64,000 nt of DNA. Source: a virus. Shown here one piece after another: positions 9,675 through 18,547 of the stretch. A model generated the notes under the pieces. The model saw only the letters and a program-made list of their open reading frames with translations, had not been told where the DNA came from and ran no database searches. The first letter of the stretch is position 1; each line of letters begins with the position of its first letter. A program made the translations under genes and the position numbers. The stretch lies in IMG/VR virus record IMGVR_UViG_3300042698_000029, positions 1 to 64,000 of that record. One strand, written 5' to 3'.

Positions 9675-9988
9675 CAGTTGAACACCACCAGGTACTCGCC
9701 GAACGGGATCTTCCCCTCGGCCGCCATGAACGAGAGCACGTCGTCCGGCAGACCGTTCGCGCCGCTCCCCCGCTCCCCGTTCAGCCATCGGGTGACGGCC
9801 TGCGTGTCGTAGTCCCCGAGCTTTTCCAGCGCCCGCACCAGGTGGACGGTCTCGGACGTCGGGTTGCAGAACAGCTCGTCTGCTACGTCGCCGTGGACGG
9901 CCGCGTCCGGGTAGTGGTGGTCGATGAACCAGGTCAGATCCTGCGCCCGTACCTCGTGGATCTCCTTGATGTTCATGTCCAGGTCCAT
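9674..9988 (-). CDS. hypothetical protein
   Basis: AAGGAG RBS. Confidence 0.7.
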   Translation of the reverse strand: MDLDMNIKEIHEVRAQDLTWFIDHHYPDAAVHGDVADELFCNPTSETVHLVRALEKLGDYDTQAVTRWLNGERGSGANGLPDDVLSFMAAEGKIPFGEYLVVFN

Positions 9989-10005
9989 GATCTTCTCCTT
10001 CGGTT

Positions 10006-10338
10006 TCAGGTGAGGGCGGAAAGCGGACGAACGTCCGGATCCACCTTGTCGTCGTACTCGTTGCGTTCACACGCGCAGTTCAAGCCGTGGCGCAGAAACT
10101 CTCCACACCCCGGCGCCGCGCACCACTCGTCGGAGTCGGACTCCCCGAGCGTCGTCACGGACACGAACACGTTGTCGCCCAGCGGGTAACCGATGACCAT
10201 CGCCCGTTCCCGCTCGACTACCTTGCCGGGAACTCCCAGAGAACGGAGCACCGTGGCGGTACAGGAGTACTCTCCGCACGTGGGGTACACGGTCTCGGTA
10301 CAACCGTTGTCCTCCACCAGGACCAGCTCGTGGCTCAT
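10006..10338 (-). CDS. Cys-rich hypothetical protein
   Basis: Several Cys pairs; operon packing. Confidence 0.65.
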   Translation of the reverse strand: MSHELVLVEDNGCTETVYPTCGEYSCTATVLRSLGVPGKVVERERAMVIGYPLGDNVFVSVTTLGESDSDEWCAAPGCGEFLRHGLNCACERNEYDDKVDPDVRPLSALT

Positions 10339-10341
10339 CCC

Positions 10342-10563
10342 TTACTCCCTGATCTCGTTGGGACCGGCCCTGTAGCCGATCACGGCTATGCCCACCCCGG
10401 GGTGCCGGGCCTGGATGCGCTCCAGTGCCTCTACGAAGAGCTGCTCCTCCGTGGTCTGTCCCGGGACCATCATCAGCGTCCCGTAGCTGTGCCCGTACCC
10501 GCCAGCGGCCGTGTGATAGGCCATCCAGTAGAACCACCGGATCGACCCAACTTGTTTTGCCAT
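10342..10563 (-). CDS. hypothetical protein
   Basis: GAGGAG RBS. Confidence 0.7.
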   Translation of the reverse strand: MAKQVGSIRWFYWMAYHTAAGGYGHSYGTLMMVPGQTTEEQLFVEALERIQARHPGVGIAVIGYRAGPNEIRE

Positions 10564-10572
10564 CGGATCTCC

Positions 10573-10860
10573 TCAGCAGGTGCAGGGCTCGGAGCCGACA
10601 CCCGTGCAGCACGTCCCGGAGCACCCTCGGCAGTCGTCGCTCCGTTCGGGATCCACGGAGTCCAGGCCGTCCACGAGAAGCTCCAGGTCCTCGCGGCAGA
10701 GGTTCAGCGGCGGCGTCCGGAGGTCGGAATCCATGACCCGCAGGTCCAGGATGAACGTGGCACCTTCCCGAGCCTCCTCCATCAGCCGCCGGATCCGGGC
10801 CAGCCGGTACTCGCGGTAATGGACGTCCTTCGTCCCATCCCCGATGTCCCTGAAGCTCAC
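10573..10860 (-). CDS. hypothetical protein with Cys-rich C-terminus
   Basis: CRGCSGTCCTG...CTC; GTGA overlap. Confidence 0.65.
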   Translation of the reverse strand: MSFRDIGDGTKDVHYREYRLARIRRLMEEAREGATFILDLRVMDSDLRTPPLNLCREDLELLVDGLDSVDPERSDDCRGCSGTCCTGVGSEPCTC

Positions 10861-11129
10861 TGTGCCGCCTCCCTCAGCCTGCGCAGCTCCCCAAAGGACG
10901 GGATGGACTCCGAAGAGCGGACCGCCGGAAGCAGCCGCACCTTGATTTCGTGCTCCCGCGAGAACTCCTTAGCGTCCTCCTCGCTGTCGGGGTGGACCTG
11001 TACAGAAGTCCGGCGGACTGCCTCGTTCAAGCTATCCGCGTACCGCTGAGCTTCCACGGGGTCCTCAATGACGATCACGGGGTAGAGGATGTCCCGGCCG
11101 GTGTACAGCAGGCTCCAGTTCTCAGCCAT
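10857..11129 (-). CDS. hypothetical protein
   Basis: AAGGAG RBS. Confidence 0.7.
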   Translation of the reverse strand: MAENWSLLYTGRDILYPVIVIEDPVEAQRYADSLNEAVRRTSVQVHPDSEEDAKEFSREHEIKVRLLPAVRSSESIPSFGELRRLREAAQ

Positions 11130-11427
11130 GGATCTTCTCCTTCTGCCAGTTCGTAAGGGCCTCTCGGACGGCGTCCTGAACCCGCAGGAGCTCGGTACCC
11201 CCGGCGTCGGAGTAGCGGGCCAGGAAGTTCTCCAGGGCTGTCGCTCCGCTCTGCCGGTAGTGGTCCCACAGCCACTCCCACCGGATACCCGGCTTCTTGG
11301 GCGGCAGCCACGCGGTCACGTATTGCCGTTCGTCCGCCACCAGGATCAGGCAGCGGTCCCCGAGCATCTCGGAGTGCAGCACCGTGCTTCCGTTGAGCAG
11401 GGCGCCGTTCTTGATCCGCGATTCCAT
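11122..11427 (-). CDS. hypothetical protein
   Basis: Start MESRIK, GGAGG RBS. Confidence 0.7.
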   Translation of the reverse strand: MESRIKNGALLNGSTVLHSEMLGDRCLILVADERQYVTAWLPPKKPGIRWEWLWDHYRQSGATALENFLARYSDAGGTELLRVQDAVREALTNWQKEKIHG

Positions 11428-11507
11428 GCTTTTCCTCCCCTTGTCCGTACGTCCACGGCAGGGACCAGGAACGTGATCTCCCTGGTCCCGCCGGTAGACA
11501 GACGCCC

Positions 11508-11720
11508 CTAGCGGAGTCCCGCCCTGACCTGCTGAACCAGCCGGTAGACCACGTCCCTGGCGGTCTCCCAGCCGAGACCCCCGCCCACCAGCTGACGGTG
11601 CCGGGGGTCCTGGATGGCCACCAGGCACTCACTCATGCCGTACAGGTAGCCCTTACGCCACTCGTCCGACATCTCGCCGGGGTCGATCGCGTACTGCTCG
11701 GGCACCGGGCGCGGACTCAT
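11508..11720 (-). CDS. hypothetical protein
   Basis: Start MSPRPV, ATGA overlap. Confidence 0.65.
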   Translation of the reverse strand: MSPRPVPEQYAIDPGEMSDEWRKGYLYGMSECLVAIQDPRHRQLVGGGLGWETARDVVYRLVQQVRAGLR

Positions 11721-12097
11721 GCCGTGGCTCCCCGTCGCTCGGCCTCGTACAGTTCCTTCTGGAGTCGGTCCCGCTTGATCATGGCGCGGAACTGCTGATC
11801 GTTCTTGGGGGTGACCCGGGCGCGCATCCCGATGCGCCGGTAGATCGCGTCGGAGTGAATCGGCACCAAGGGGTAGCTGCCGTCCTCGGCCTTCCACCGG
11901 AGGAAGAAGCCGTTGACCTCTTCCATCTCCCGGAGTCGGGTCACCACCTTGGAGAAGGTCTTCTCGGTGACCTCGCCGATCCCCATCCCGAGCAGGGCGA
12001 AGGCCAGGGCCGTCGTCACCTCCCGCTCCTCCGGGTCTTCGGCGAGCTCCCTCCAGTTGCGTACGTCCTGGATCGTCCAGTCCTGACCGCGTTCCAT
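11717..12097 (-). CDS. hypothetical protein
   Basis: AAGGAGG RBS. Confidence 0.75.
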   Translation of the reverse strand: MERGQDWTIQDVRNWRELAEDPEEREVTTALAFALLGMGIGEVTEKTFSKVVTRLREMEEVNGFFLRWKAEDGSYPLVPIHSDAIYRRIGMRARVTPKNDQQFRAMIKRDRLQKELYEAERRGATA

Positions 12098-12107
12098 GCC
12101 ATCCTCC

Positions 12108-12296
12108 TTATGCGTTCTGCGGTTGCTTGCTGAGATAGACCTTCGCGATGGGCCAGGACCGCTGGGCTCCCGCCTTGCGGACCAGGGGCTTGCCGCTCTT
12201 GCTGTATCCCGTCACGGTCCCGGCAGCCAGCTTGCAGCCGGGCCGCATGATCCACACGAAGGACCCTTCCGGGTAGTCGACGGTGTCGGCGTCCAT
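12108..12296 (-). CDS. small basic hypothetical protein
   Basis: GGAGG RBS. Confidence 0.65.
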   Translation of the reverse strand: MDADTVDYPEGSFVWIMRPGCKLAAGTVTGYSKSGKPLVRKAGAQRSWPIAKVYLSKQPQNA

Positions 12297-12301
12297 GGCG
12301 G

Positions 12302-12766
12302 TCAGGCCTCCGTCTTCTTGTTGAAGACGAAGATGCTGTGGATCAGTCGCTCGCCCGGGAAGTCGGCGTCCCCGTACCAGACCACCGTTTCGCCGTGGCC
12401 GTTCGCATCGGCCTTGTCCCGGATCTCCTTGATCAGCCGCTCGCCGACGAAGTTCTCGGCCGCTTCGCGCTGGCTCGGCGGGAAGTCGAACCGGATCATC
12501 AGGCTGTTCAGCTCGTCCCCCTCCTCGTCCTGCGCCGCGAGCTCGGCGAGGTCGTTGTACGACGTCCAGCCGCGTGCCAGGATGTCTAGGACGTCACCGG
12601 TGGCAAACAGGTGGGCCGCCCCGAACTCCCGCCAGGCCACGAGGGCCGCCGCGTAGATCACCTCCCGGGTGACGTCTGCGCCCCAGGAAAAGCGGCTGTA
12701 GTCGGCGTCCTCCATGAGCTCGGCGATGCCCTCCACGTAAGCCGTCATCATCTGCTGCATGTCCAT
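12302..12766 (-). CDS. acidic hypothetical protein
   Basis: 154 aa, operon packing. Confidence 0.75.
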   Translation of the reverse strand: MDMQQMMTAYVEGIAELMEDADYSRFSWGADVTREVIYAAALVAWREFGAAHLFATGDVLDILARGWTSYNDLAELAAQDEEGDELNSLMIRFDFPPSQREAAENFVGERLIKEIRDKADANGHGETVVWYGDADFPGERLIHSIFVFNKKTEA

Positions 12767-12769
12767 CCC

Positions 12770-12952
12770 CTAGACTCGTCGTTCGATCATGCAGAGGCTG
12801 ATGGCCTCTGCGTAGAAATCCCTGATGCGTCCCAGCCGGACCGGATCCATACCCTGCAACTCCGTCTTTTTGTGGGCGTCGGGGGAGATCCGGAACTCCC
12901 GCTCGAACTTAATGATCGTTTCGATCAGGACCTCGGGAGTAGGCTGGTTCAT
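12770..12952 (-). CDS. hypothetical protein
   Basis: 60 aa, operon packing. Confidence 0.6.
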   Translation of the reverse strand: MNQPTPEVLIETIIKFEREFRISPDAHKKTELQGMDPVRLGRIRDFYAEAISLCMIERRV

Positions 12953-13045
12953 GGCCAGATCCTAGAGCGTCCCGAAGGGGATCCGGAAGATATCCCGGAC
13001 CCCCTTCGGGTGTGTTCCCTCTCACATCCCAAGAATTTCTGAAGG

Positions 13046-13390
13046 TTAGCCCTCGTTCTCCCGGGCTTCCCGTTCTTCGGCAGCGGTGACTTCCCGCTCG
13101 ACCTGTTCAGTCCAGGAGGAACCCTCCCGGACGGCTTTGACCAGCTCTCGGTAGCTGCCTGCAACCTTGTTCAGTACGTCCGGGCTGCGGTCGGTGTAGT
13201 GGGCCAGACAGTTGACCAGACTGGTCAGCTCTCCGAGAGCCAGCCAGAGACTGAGGGTCTCTTCGCCCTTCTTCTGTTCCTTGTTCAGCCGGTGGTAGTG
13301 CAGATGCTGGAAGTTGATCTGCCGGATCAACCAGGATTCGAAGTCCCGGATGTCCTTCGTCTGTGGCAGCGGGTCGCTGGGCATGCCCAT
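13046..13390 (-). CDS. hypothetical protein
   Basis: Start MGMPSD. Confidence 0.65.
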   Translation of the reverse strand: MGMPSDPLPQTKDIRDFESWLIRQINFQHLHYHRLNKEQKKGEETLSLWLALGELTSLVNCLAHYTDRSPDVLNKVAGSYRELVKAVREGSSWTEQVEREVTAAEEREARENEG

Positions 13391-13394
13391 CCCC

Positions 13395-13691
13395 TCATCG
13401 CAGGTACTTGTGCTCGTCCTTCTCCAGGTAGGCGGAGCCGTCCTCGAAGAACTTGACACCGTCCCCGTCGCCGTTGACCTCCGCCAGGATCGCGTCGCAG
13501 TCGGACGGAGCCTCGTAGCACTCGTTGATCACGGCCCAGGCCTGTCCGGCGCCGTGGACCACCGCCGCGTACTGGTCCTGCTCCGCCGCCGCCGTACCGG
13601 TCAGTACCCCGATCATCACAAGAGCCAGCGCCGCCGTGACAAACAGCGCCACACGCAGCGAAACCGGAAGCTTGCCGAAGTCGCGGAACAT
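13395..13691 (-). CDS. membrane-anchored or secreted hypothetical protein
   Basis: N-terminal hydrophobic helix; AAGGAG RBS. Confidence 0.7.
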   Translation of the reverse strand: MFRDFGKLPVSLRVALFVTAALALVMIGVLTGTAAAEQDQYAAVVHGAGQAWAVINECYEAPSDCDAILAEVNGDGDGVKFFEDGSAYLEKDEHKYLR

Positions 13692-13748
13692 TGTTTCTCC
13701 TTCAGGTTGATCCCGAGTCGGATGTGCCGTCCGAGCCGAGAGACGATA

Positions 13749-13814
13749 GCCCGTACCGTACGGACTCCCCGAACCGCCGAGTGTTCCCGGCGGTCGGAGA
13801 CTCCGATCACGGGC
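13749..13814 (-). repeat. Structured intergenic element, copy 2
   Basis: Shares the 23 bp block and CGGAGAC with 6443-6503. Confidence 0.7.
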
Positions 13815-13817
13815 CGG

Positions 13818-14081
13818 TCAGCCAGCGATCTCCTTGATCTGCTCCAGCTGGTCCCGCAGCCGCTCCACCTCGGCGGACAAGCTTCCGACGATCCGGGTCA
13901 CGGTCACCGTGGCGTTGTTAACGTGATTCATGTTCAGACGGGCGTCCTCCGCCTGGTTCTCCAGGAACTCCAGCGCCTTGCGGACGGTTTCCCGTGCCCG
14001 GGAGGGATCCATGCCCTGGGTGAGCCGGTCGTGGCGGTTCTCGAATGCGTCCGTTCCGATCCGGAAGTTGATAAGCGGCAT
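13818..14081 (-). CDS. coiled-coil hypothetical protein
   Basis: Start MPLINF, GAGGAGG RBS. Confidence 0.7.
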   Translation of the reverse strand: MPLINFRIGTDAFENRHDRLTQGMDPSRARETVRKALEFLENQAEDARLNMNHVNNATVTVTRIVGSLSAEVERLRDQLEQIKEIAG

Positions 14082-14083
14082 GA

Positions 14084-14404
14084 TCAGTACCTCCTCGGGG
14101 CGGAGAAGACGAACGACTTGGCGGCCTGCCGTACACCGGCCCGGGTCCGGCTCGTGGTCCCGGTGGGCGTGTAGTAGAGGGTCACGGTGGACCCTTCGAT
14201 CCCGAGGTCCTCCTCCCAGGAGAACTCCATGGTGAAGAACTTGCGGCCCTGGCTCGCCCACGGCTGCCGGGGCCGCAGAGTGAACCCCTGCTCGGTGATG
14301 TTCTCGATGGCCACGCCGGTCCGGCCGTCGTTGGTGTAACCGTGGTCGATGATCCGTACCGTCCACTCGGTGGTGATCGCGGCCTTGAGCTCTTCCAGTG
14401 TCAT
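14084..14404 (-). CDS. hypothetical protein
   Basis: GAGGAG RBS. Confidence 0.7.
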   Translation of the reverse strand: MTLEELKAAITTEWTVRIIDHGYTNDGRTGVAIENITEQGFTLRPRQPWASQGRKFFTMEFSWEEDLGIEGSTVTLYYTPTGTTSRTRAGVRQAAKSFVFSAPRRY

Positions 14405-14417
14405 GATCTCTCCTCGT

Positions 14418-14687
14418 TCAGCGCTTGAAGAACATCGAGTTGAAGCCGATGGCGGCCAGGTCGTATTCGAACCGCCACCGCTCCCCTTCCTTGCGCCGGA
14501 TGGTCTGGGACAGGACCGTGGCGTACGTCAGGACGTGCTCCTCCGACCCATCCACGCCCCCGGCCACCACGGTCATCCACTCCCCGTGGGACTTGACCAG
14601 CCACAGTCGCATCGATCCGGTGCCGCCCGAGTCGACCACTTTCTCGATCATCCGCCCGGTGATCTGCGGGCCCTGCAAGTTGTCCAT
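14418..14687 (-). CDS. hypothetical protein
   Basis: Start MDNLQG. Confidence 0.65.
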   Translation of the reverse strand: MDNLQGPQITGRMIEKVVDSGGTGSMRLWLVKSHGEWMTVVAGGVDGSEEHVLTYATVLSQTIRRKEGERWRFEYDLAAIGFNSMFFKR

Positions 14688-14795
14688 GAGCTTTTCCCTC
14701 CCGTCACAGCTCCCGAGGACCGGAAGCGGGCGGCCGGACACGGAAGACGGACTGCACCAGTCCCCTTGCCGTGTCCCACCGGTCCGCTGCCGGGC

Positions 14796-14981
14796 TCAGC
14801 CCTTGAACTCCCGGGGGTCAACCCCCCGCTCCCTCAGCTGCTCCCGCTGGCGTTCGTGAGCCCGGATGTGAGCCAGGTAGTCCGAGAGATTCTGCTCTCC
14901 CCAGAACGCCGACGGGAGCCCCCTGTGGCTTCCACTGGGGTCGTGCCAGTGCCGGGGCTCCCGGCCCGTGATAGCCCCCAT
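14796..14981 (-). CDS. hypothetical protein
   Basis: Start MGAITG, AGGAGG RBS. Confidence 0.6.
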   Translation of the reverse strand: MGAITGREPRHWHDPSGSHRGLPSAFWGEQNLSDYLAHIRAHERQREQLRERGVDPREFKG

Positions 14982-14983
14982 GA

Positions 14984-15400
14984 TCAGACCTCCTGGCCGC
15001 AGTCGAAGTTCTCGCACGACAGGTCGTCGCAGTCAGGGTTGTTGCACTGATCCGGGTAGACCGCGCCCCTCTCGATCTCCTCCCAGACTTCGGCCAGGTT
15101 CTCGTCGGCCGGGATGCGCCAGGCGTCGACCTCCCCCTGGCTGTCCTCGTGCAGGATCACCCGTTCGTCAGCGAACAGGACGTGGTGGCCGTTGCCGTAC
15201 TGGGCGTCGCCGCTCGTGGCCCCATTGCCGTCCAGGGACCACACCCACGCGATGAACGCCGCCACGCTGGTGTGCTTGGAGCCCAGCTCCTCGCCCACCG
15301 GGTACTGTTCCGCGTCCTCCCCGGATGCGACCAGGACCTTGACGTCGCCCTCGGTCAGGACCTTGCGCTCGAACATGTCGTCCGTGATCCCGTAGGCCAT
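14984..15400 (-). CDS. acidic hypothetical protein
   Basis: Start MAYGIT, GAGGAG RBS. Confidence 0.7.
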   Translation of the reverse strand: MAYGITDDMFERKVLTEGDVKVLVASGEDAEQYPVGEELGSKHTSVAAFIAWVWSLDGNGATSGDAQYGNGHHVLFADERVILHEDSQGEVDAWRIPADENLAEVWEEIERGAVYPDQCNNPDCDDLSCENFDCGQEV

Positions 15401-15402
15401 GG

Positions 15403-15966
15403 TCAGTTCTCCTCGTTGTCGTAGTGCTTGAACTCGTCCAGCGCCGCTGACTCGGCGTATGAGTAACCGATGTAGCCGTAGGAGTCGTGCTCCGTCCCCC
15501 ACGTGGTGAGCTCCCCGTCGCTGCCGTCCGCAGGGGTCCAGGTGAACGAATTCTCGATGACGAAGCCGTATACCTCCCCGGCGGCCCACGCCCGGTACTC
15601 GTCCCGCTCGCACTTCAGGTACCCGGCCGGGTCCGTCGTCTCCGTGAACTGCGCGGGCATCATGTACCAGACCGCGTTCGCCCCGTCGTGCGGCCGGTCG
15701 TCCAAAGTCACCGCCCCGTGAAAGATGCGAGCCCATCGCGTGAAGATCTTCACGGCCTGGTCGTAGCGGTGCCCCTTCACGCGGTCCCAGCCGTCCGAGA
15801 GGGGTCCGGGCCTCTCGTCCACGTCGATGAACCGGGTCCCGGGAGCGGTCACCGCGTGGCACAGGGTCTTCCGATTGGTGCGCGGGTTGACCTCTCCCTG
15901 GAAGGGGTCATCCACCAGCCGGACCCGGTACTGGCCGTTCTTGGAAACCTTCAGGATCTCGTCCAT
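15403..15966 (-). CDS. hypothetical phage protein
   Basis: Start MDEILK, AAGGAG RBS; YRAWAAGEVYG and SYGYIG motifs. Confidence 0.75.
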   Translation of the reverse strand: MDEILKVSKNGQYRVRLVDDPFQGEVNPRTNRKTLCHAVTAPGTRFIDVDERPGPLSDGWDRVKGHRYDQAVKIFTRWARIFHGAVTLDDRPHDGANAVWYMMPAQFTETTDPAGYLKCERDEYRAWAAGEVYGFVIENSFTWTPADGSDGELTTWGTEHDSYGYIGYSYAESAALDEFKHYDNEEN

Positions 15967-15977
15967 GATCTGCTCCT

Positions 15978-16262
15978 TCACTGCACGTCTATGCGCGCGC
16001 CTACGTAACTGGGGTGGATCTCCCGCCAGTGCGCCTGACAGCACCGGGGGTGGTTGTTGCGAGCGTGCTGGCAAGCGGGTGCCACCCGGATCCGGCCGCC
16101 CAGACCCGAAGGTCCCGGCGGCCTGGCCGCGATCCCCTTGTACGTCAGGACCGTGCCCGTCCCGTCTGCGTCTTCCAGGACGACAGGCGAACCGGGATAG
16201 AGCACCGCGCCGGTCTCTACGTGGACCAGCAGAACTTTCGCTTCACGCCGCTGTGTCGGCAC
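15978..16262 (-). CDS. hypothetical protein (paralog of 18261-18518)
   Basis: GTG start after GGAGG; LV..ETG...PG and RE..PS...ARI motifs. Confidence 0.65.
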   Translation of the reverse strand: MPTQRREAKVLLVHVETGAVLYPGSPVVLEDADGTGTVLTYKGIAARPPGPSGLGGRIRVAPACQHARNNHPRCCQAHWREIHPSYVGARIDVQ

Positions 16263-16276
16263 GGTGCCCCCTCCGA

Positions 16277-16537
16277 TTACTTGTTGAAGATCCGGAGGAG
16301 TCCCTCCAAGAGCTTCAGCGCCTGCCCCCGTTGCAGCTCCAGCGGGAACGCGCCGACCTCCCCGGACACCCCCGACAGCATTGACTCGGGGAGGTCGTCC
16401 GGGTCGTGCACAAACGCACGGAACTCCCCGTCGTCCTCCTCGCCTCCCAGGCGCTCCACGAGAGAAAGGTTCTCGATGAACACACTCCCGTTTCGGGCCT
16501 CCACCACGGGATCGGGGCCACTCCACACACTGCTCAT
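16277..16537 (-). CDS. hypothetical protein
   Basis: Start MSSVWS. Confidence 0.6.
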   Translation of the reverse strand: MSSVWSGPDPVVEARNGSVFIENLSLVERLGGEEDDGEFRAFVHDPDDLPESMLSGVSGEVGAFPLELQRGQALKLLEGLLRIFNK

Positions 16538-16629
16538 CCGACCAACATCCTTCCTATTTCGCCCCGGCGGGACGCGGGAACACATCACCGTGCTGGCTGA
16601 CGTGCTCCCGTGCTCCTCCGGACCGCCGG

Positions 16630-17004
16630 TCAGTACCGCGAGGGACGACCGGTCCCGGCGATGCCGCCCATGAGCAGCTCCACGCCCGTGTCCACGCCGG
16701 AGTCCCGGGTCCACATGCGCAGCTCGTTCGCGACGTACTCGTCCGCCGTGTCGAAGAACAGCGGCATACCGTCGTCGTCCAGGTCACCGCTGGTGCTGAT
16801 CAGGTGGACCGATCCCGTGTTGCCGTCGTTGTCGGCCCACGTCCCGCCGAGCCGCCACTCGGCCATGATGTCCCCCGAGTGAGCTTCGAAGAACTCCCGG
16901 TCGAGTACTTCGATGTAGGGGGTGTCCGGGTTCCACAGCGCCACCCACATGTCCGTGTGCGCGCTTCCGACCTCGTTCTCCCCGCCATTCACGTACAAGC
17001 CCAT
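16630..17004 (-). CDS. acidic hypothetical protein
   Basis: 124 aa. Confidence 0.7.
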   Translation of the reverse strand: MGLYVNGGENEVGSAHTDMWVALWNPDTPYIEVLDREFFEAHSGDIMAEWRLGGTWADNDGNTGSVHLISTSGDLDDDGMPLFFDTADEYVANELRMWTRDSGVDTGVELLMGGIAGTGRPSRY

Positions 17005-17125
17005 GATCTTGTTCCCTTCGGTTGGCTATCTCAACTTATCGTTTCGAACTGTCCTGACAACAGGACACCGGGGCGTGATGTAGCTCACGCCCCGGTGTCC
17101 CGGGTTGATCAGCCGGTCTCCGTGA

Positions 17126-17419
17126 TCAGCTCTCCTTCTCGATCATCGTGCAGTGCGAGCCGAACGCGTCGAACACGTTGACTTCCGTCTCGTAGCTGTG
17201 GCGGGGCACGTAGACCGTGGCCACGACCCCGTCGATCTCCCGCAGCACCCCGCTGTAGCGCCGGTAGTGCCCGTACAGGTTGGGGAATTCCATGGACATC
17301 GTCCGGCCGATGTACGGCTTGAGGGACTCCGCTATCTCCTCGGCCGACCGGCCGTGCTGCGTCCGCAGGTAGACCGTCCCGTCGTCCGATTTCAGTGTGG
17401 TGATGTTCTCCACCGCCAT
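17126..17419 (-). CDS. hypothetical protein
   Basis: Start MAVENI, TGATG coupling. Confidence 0.65.
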   Translation of the reverse strand: MAVENITTLKSDDGTVYLRTQHGRSAEEIAESLKPYIGRTMSMEFPNLYGHYRRYSGVLREIDGVVATVYVPRHSYETEVNVFDAFGSHCTMIEKES

Positions 17420-17829
17420 CACGCCCCGTCCAGGGCGGTACTGGCGACCATGCACCGGCGCCGGACCCACTTCATCAGCGGGATCATCTCCCGGCCGTCG
17501 ACCGACCACGACGGCACGCCACTGTCCAGGCACAGCCCGTGGTGGTCCTCGCGCCCGTCCAGGAAACCCATCGGGCCGCCGAGCGTGAAAGCGCCCATGC
17601 ACTGGCCCTGCTGCGGATCCCGGGTGCGGTGTCCCGAGTGGCTGACGATCTTCGAGTTCAGGTCCCACGGCTGGTACCGCTGGTCGTAGAAGATGATCTC
17701 CCCGCGCCGGACGTCGTCCTTGTCCCGGGCCAGCGGGATCAGGACCACCCGGATCGGGTTGCCGTGCGTCCCGAGCACGTCGATGGTGTACTCCGGGCCG
17801 TCGGGCCCGTACGTCGGTTCAGCAGTCAT
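17419..17829 (-). CDS. hypothetical protein
   Basis: FYDQRY and GLCLDSGVPSWSV motifs. Confidence 0.7.
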   Translation of the reverse strand: MTAEPTYGPDGPEYTIDVLGTHGNPIRVVLIPLARDKDDVRRGEIIFYDQRYQPWDLNSKIVSHSGHRTRDPQQGQCMGAFTLGGPMGFLDGREDHHGLCLDSGVPSWSVDGREMIPLMKWVRRRCMVASTALDGA

Positions 17830-17859
17830 GGTGTGATCTCTCTTCCGTTCCTGTACCGG

Positions 17860-18183
17860 TCAGAACTGGATGGAAGGGCGGTACTGGGCGATGACCTCCC
17901 GGAGGAAGTCGACCACCCGTTCCCGTCCCTCCAAATCCCGGGGCTGTCCGAACGTGTCCCAGCCGACCGGGGACTGGTCCCTGATCAGCTCGATCCCCTC
18001 CGCCCAGTGGAACCCCGATCCCGGGCACCGCAGGCTGATCCCGAATCGGTCGCAGGGCCACCACTGAACGATCCGGTCTCCCCGGTCGTTGGTCCCCAGG
18101 TCTTTGACCTTGACCCCGGCCGGGGCGTTGTTCAGCAGGTCATCCAGCAGGTCATCCAGCAGGTCATCCAGCAGGTCACTCAT
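17860..18183 (-). CDS. hypothetical protein with N-terminal LLDD repeat
   Basis: GAGG RBS; 12-bp tandem repeat. Confidence 0.7.
   Translation of the reverse strand: MSDLLDDLLDDLLDDLLNNAPAGVKVKDLGTNDRGDRIVQWWPCDRFGISLRCPGSGFHWAEGIELIRDQSPVGWDTFGQPRDLEGRERVVDFLREVIAQYRPSIQF
18133..18178. repeat. 12-bp tandem repeat (CAGCAGGTCATC, about 3.8 copies)
   Basis: Seen directly; encodes DLLDDLLDDLLDDLL. Confidence 0.9.
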
Positions 18184-18260
18184 GATCTGTTCCTCTCGGT
18201 TGGCGACACCACGCCGACCCCCGGGCGGTCCCGGGGGCCGTCGTGACGCTTACCAGCCGG

Positions 18261-18518
18261 TCACTCCCCGACGAGCTCGATGCGGGCTTCCAGTACGGAG
18301 GGGAAGTACTCCCGTTCCAGCTCCTTGACGACGTTGTGCAGGTTCAGGAACCGCTCCTTGACCACGATCTTGCCGCCCTTCCCGGGTTCGGGGAGACGGG
18401 AGACGTACTGAAAGATCACTGTCTCCTCCCGGAACGTCACCACCTGGTCCCCGGGCTGGATTTCCTCTCCCGTCTCCTCGTTCACCAGTCGTGCGACCTG
18501 CGGTCCGTACTTCGGCAT
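18261..18518 (-). CDS. hypothetical protein
   Basis: Start MPKYGP. Confidence 0.7.
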   Translation of the reverse strand: MPKYGPQVARLVNEETGEEIQPGDQVVTFREETVIFQYVSRLPEPGKGGKIVVKERFLNLHNVVKELEREYFPSVLEARIELVGE

Positions 18519-18547
18519 GACTTCCCTTTCTGTCGTCCCGACGGTCT

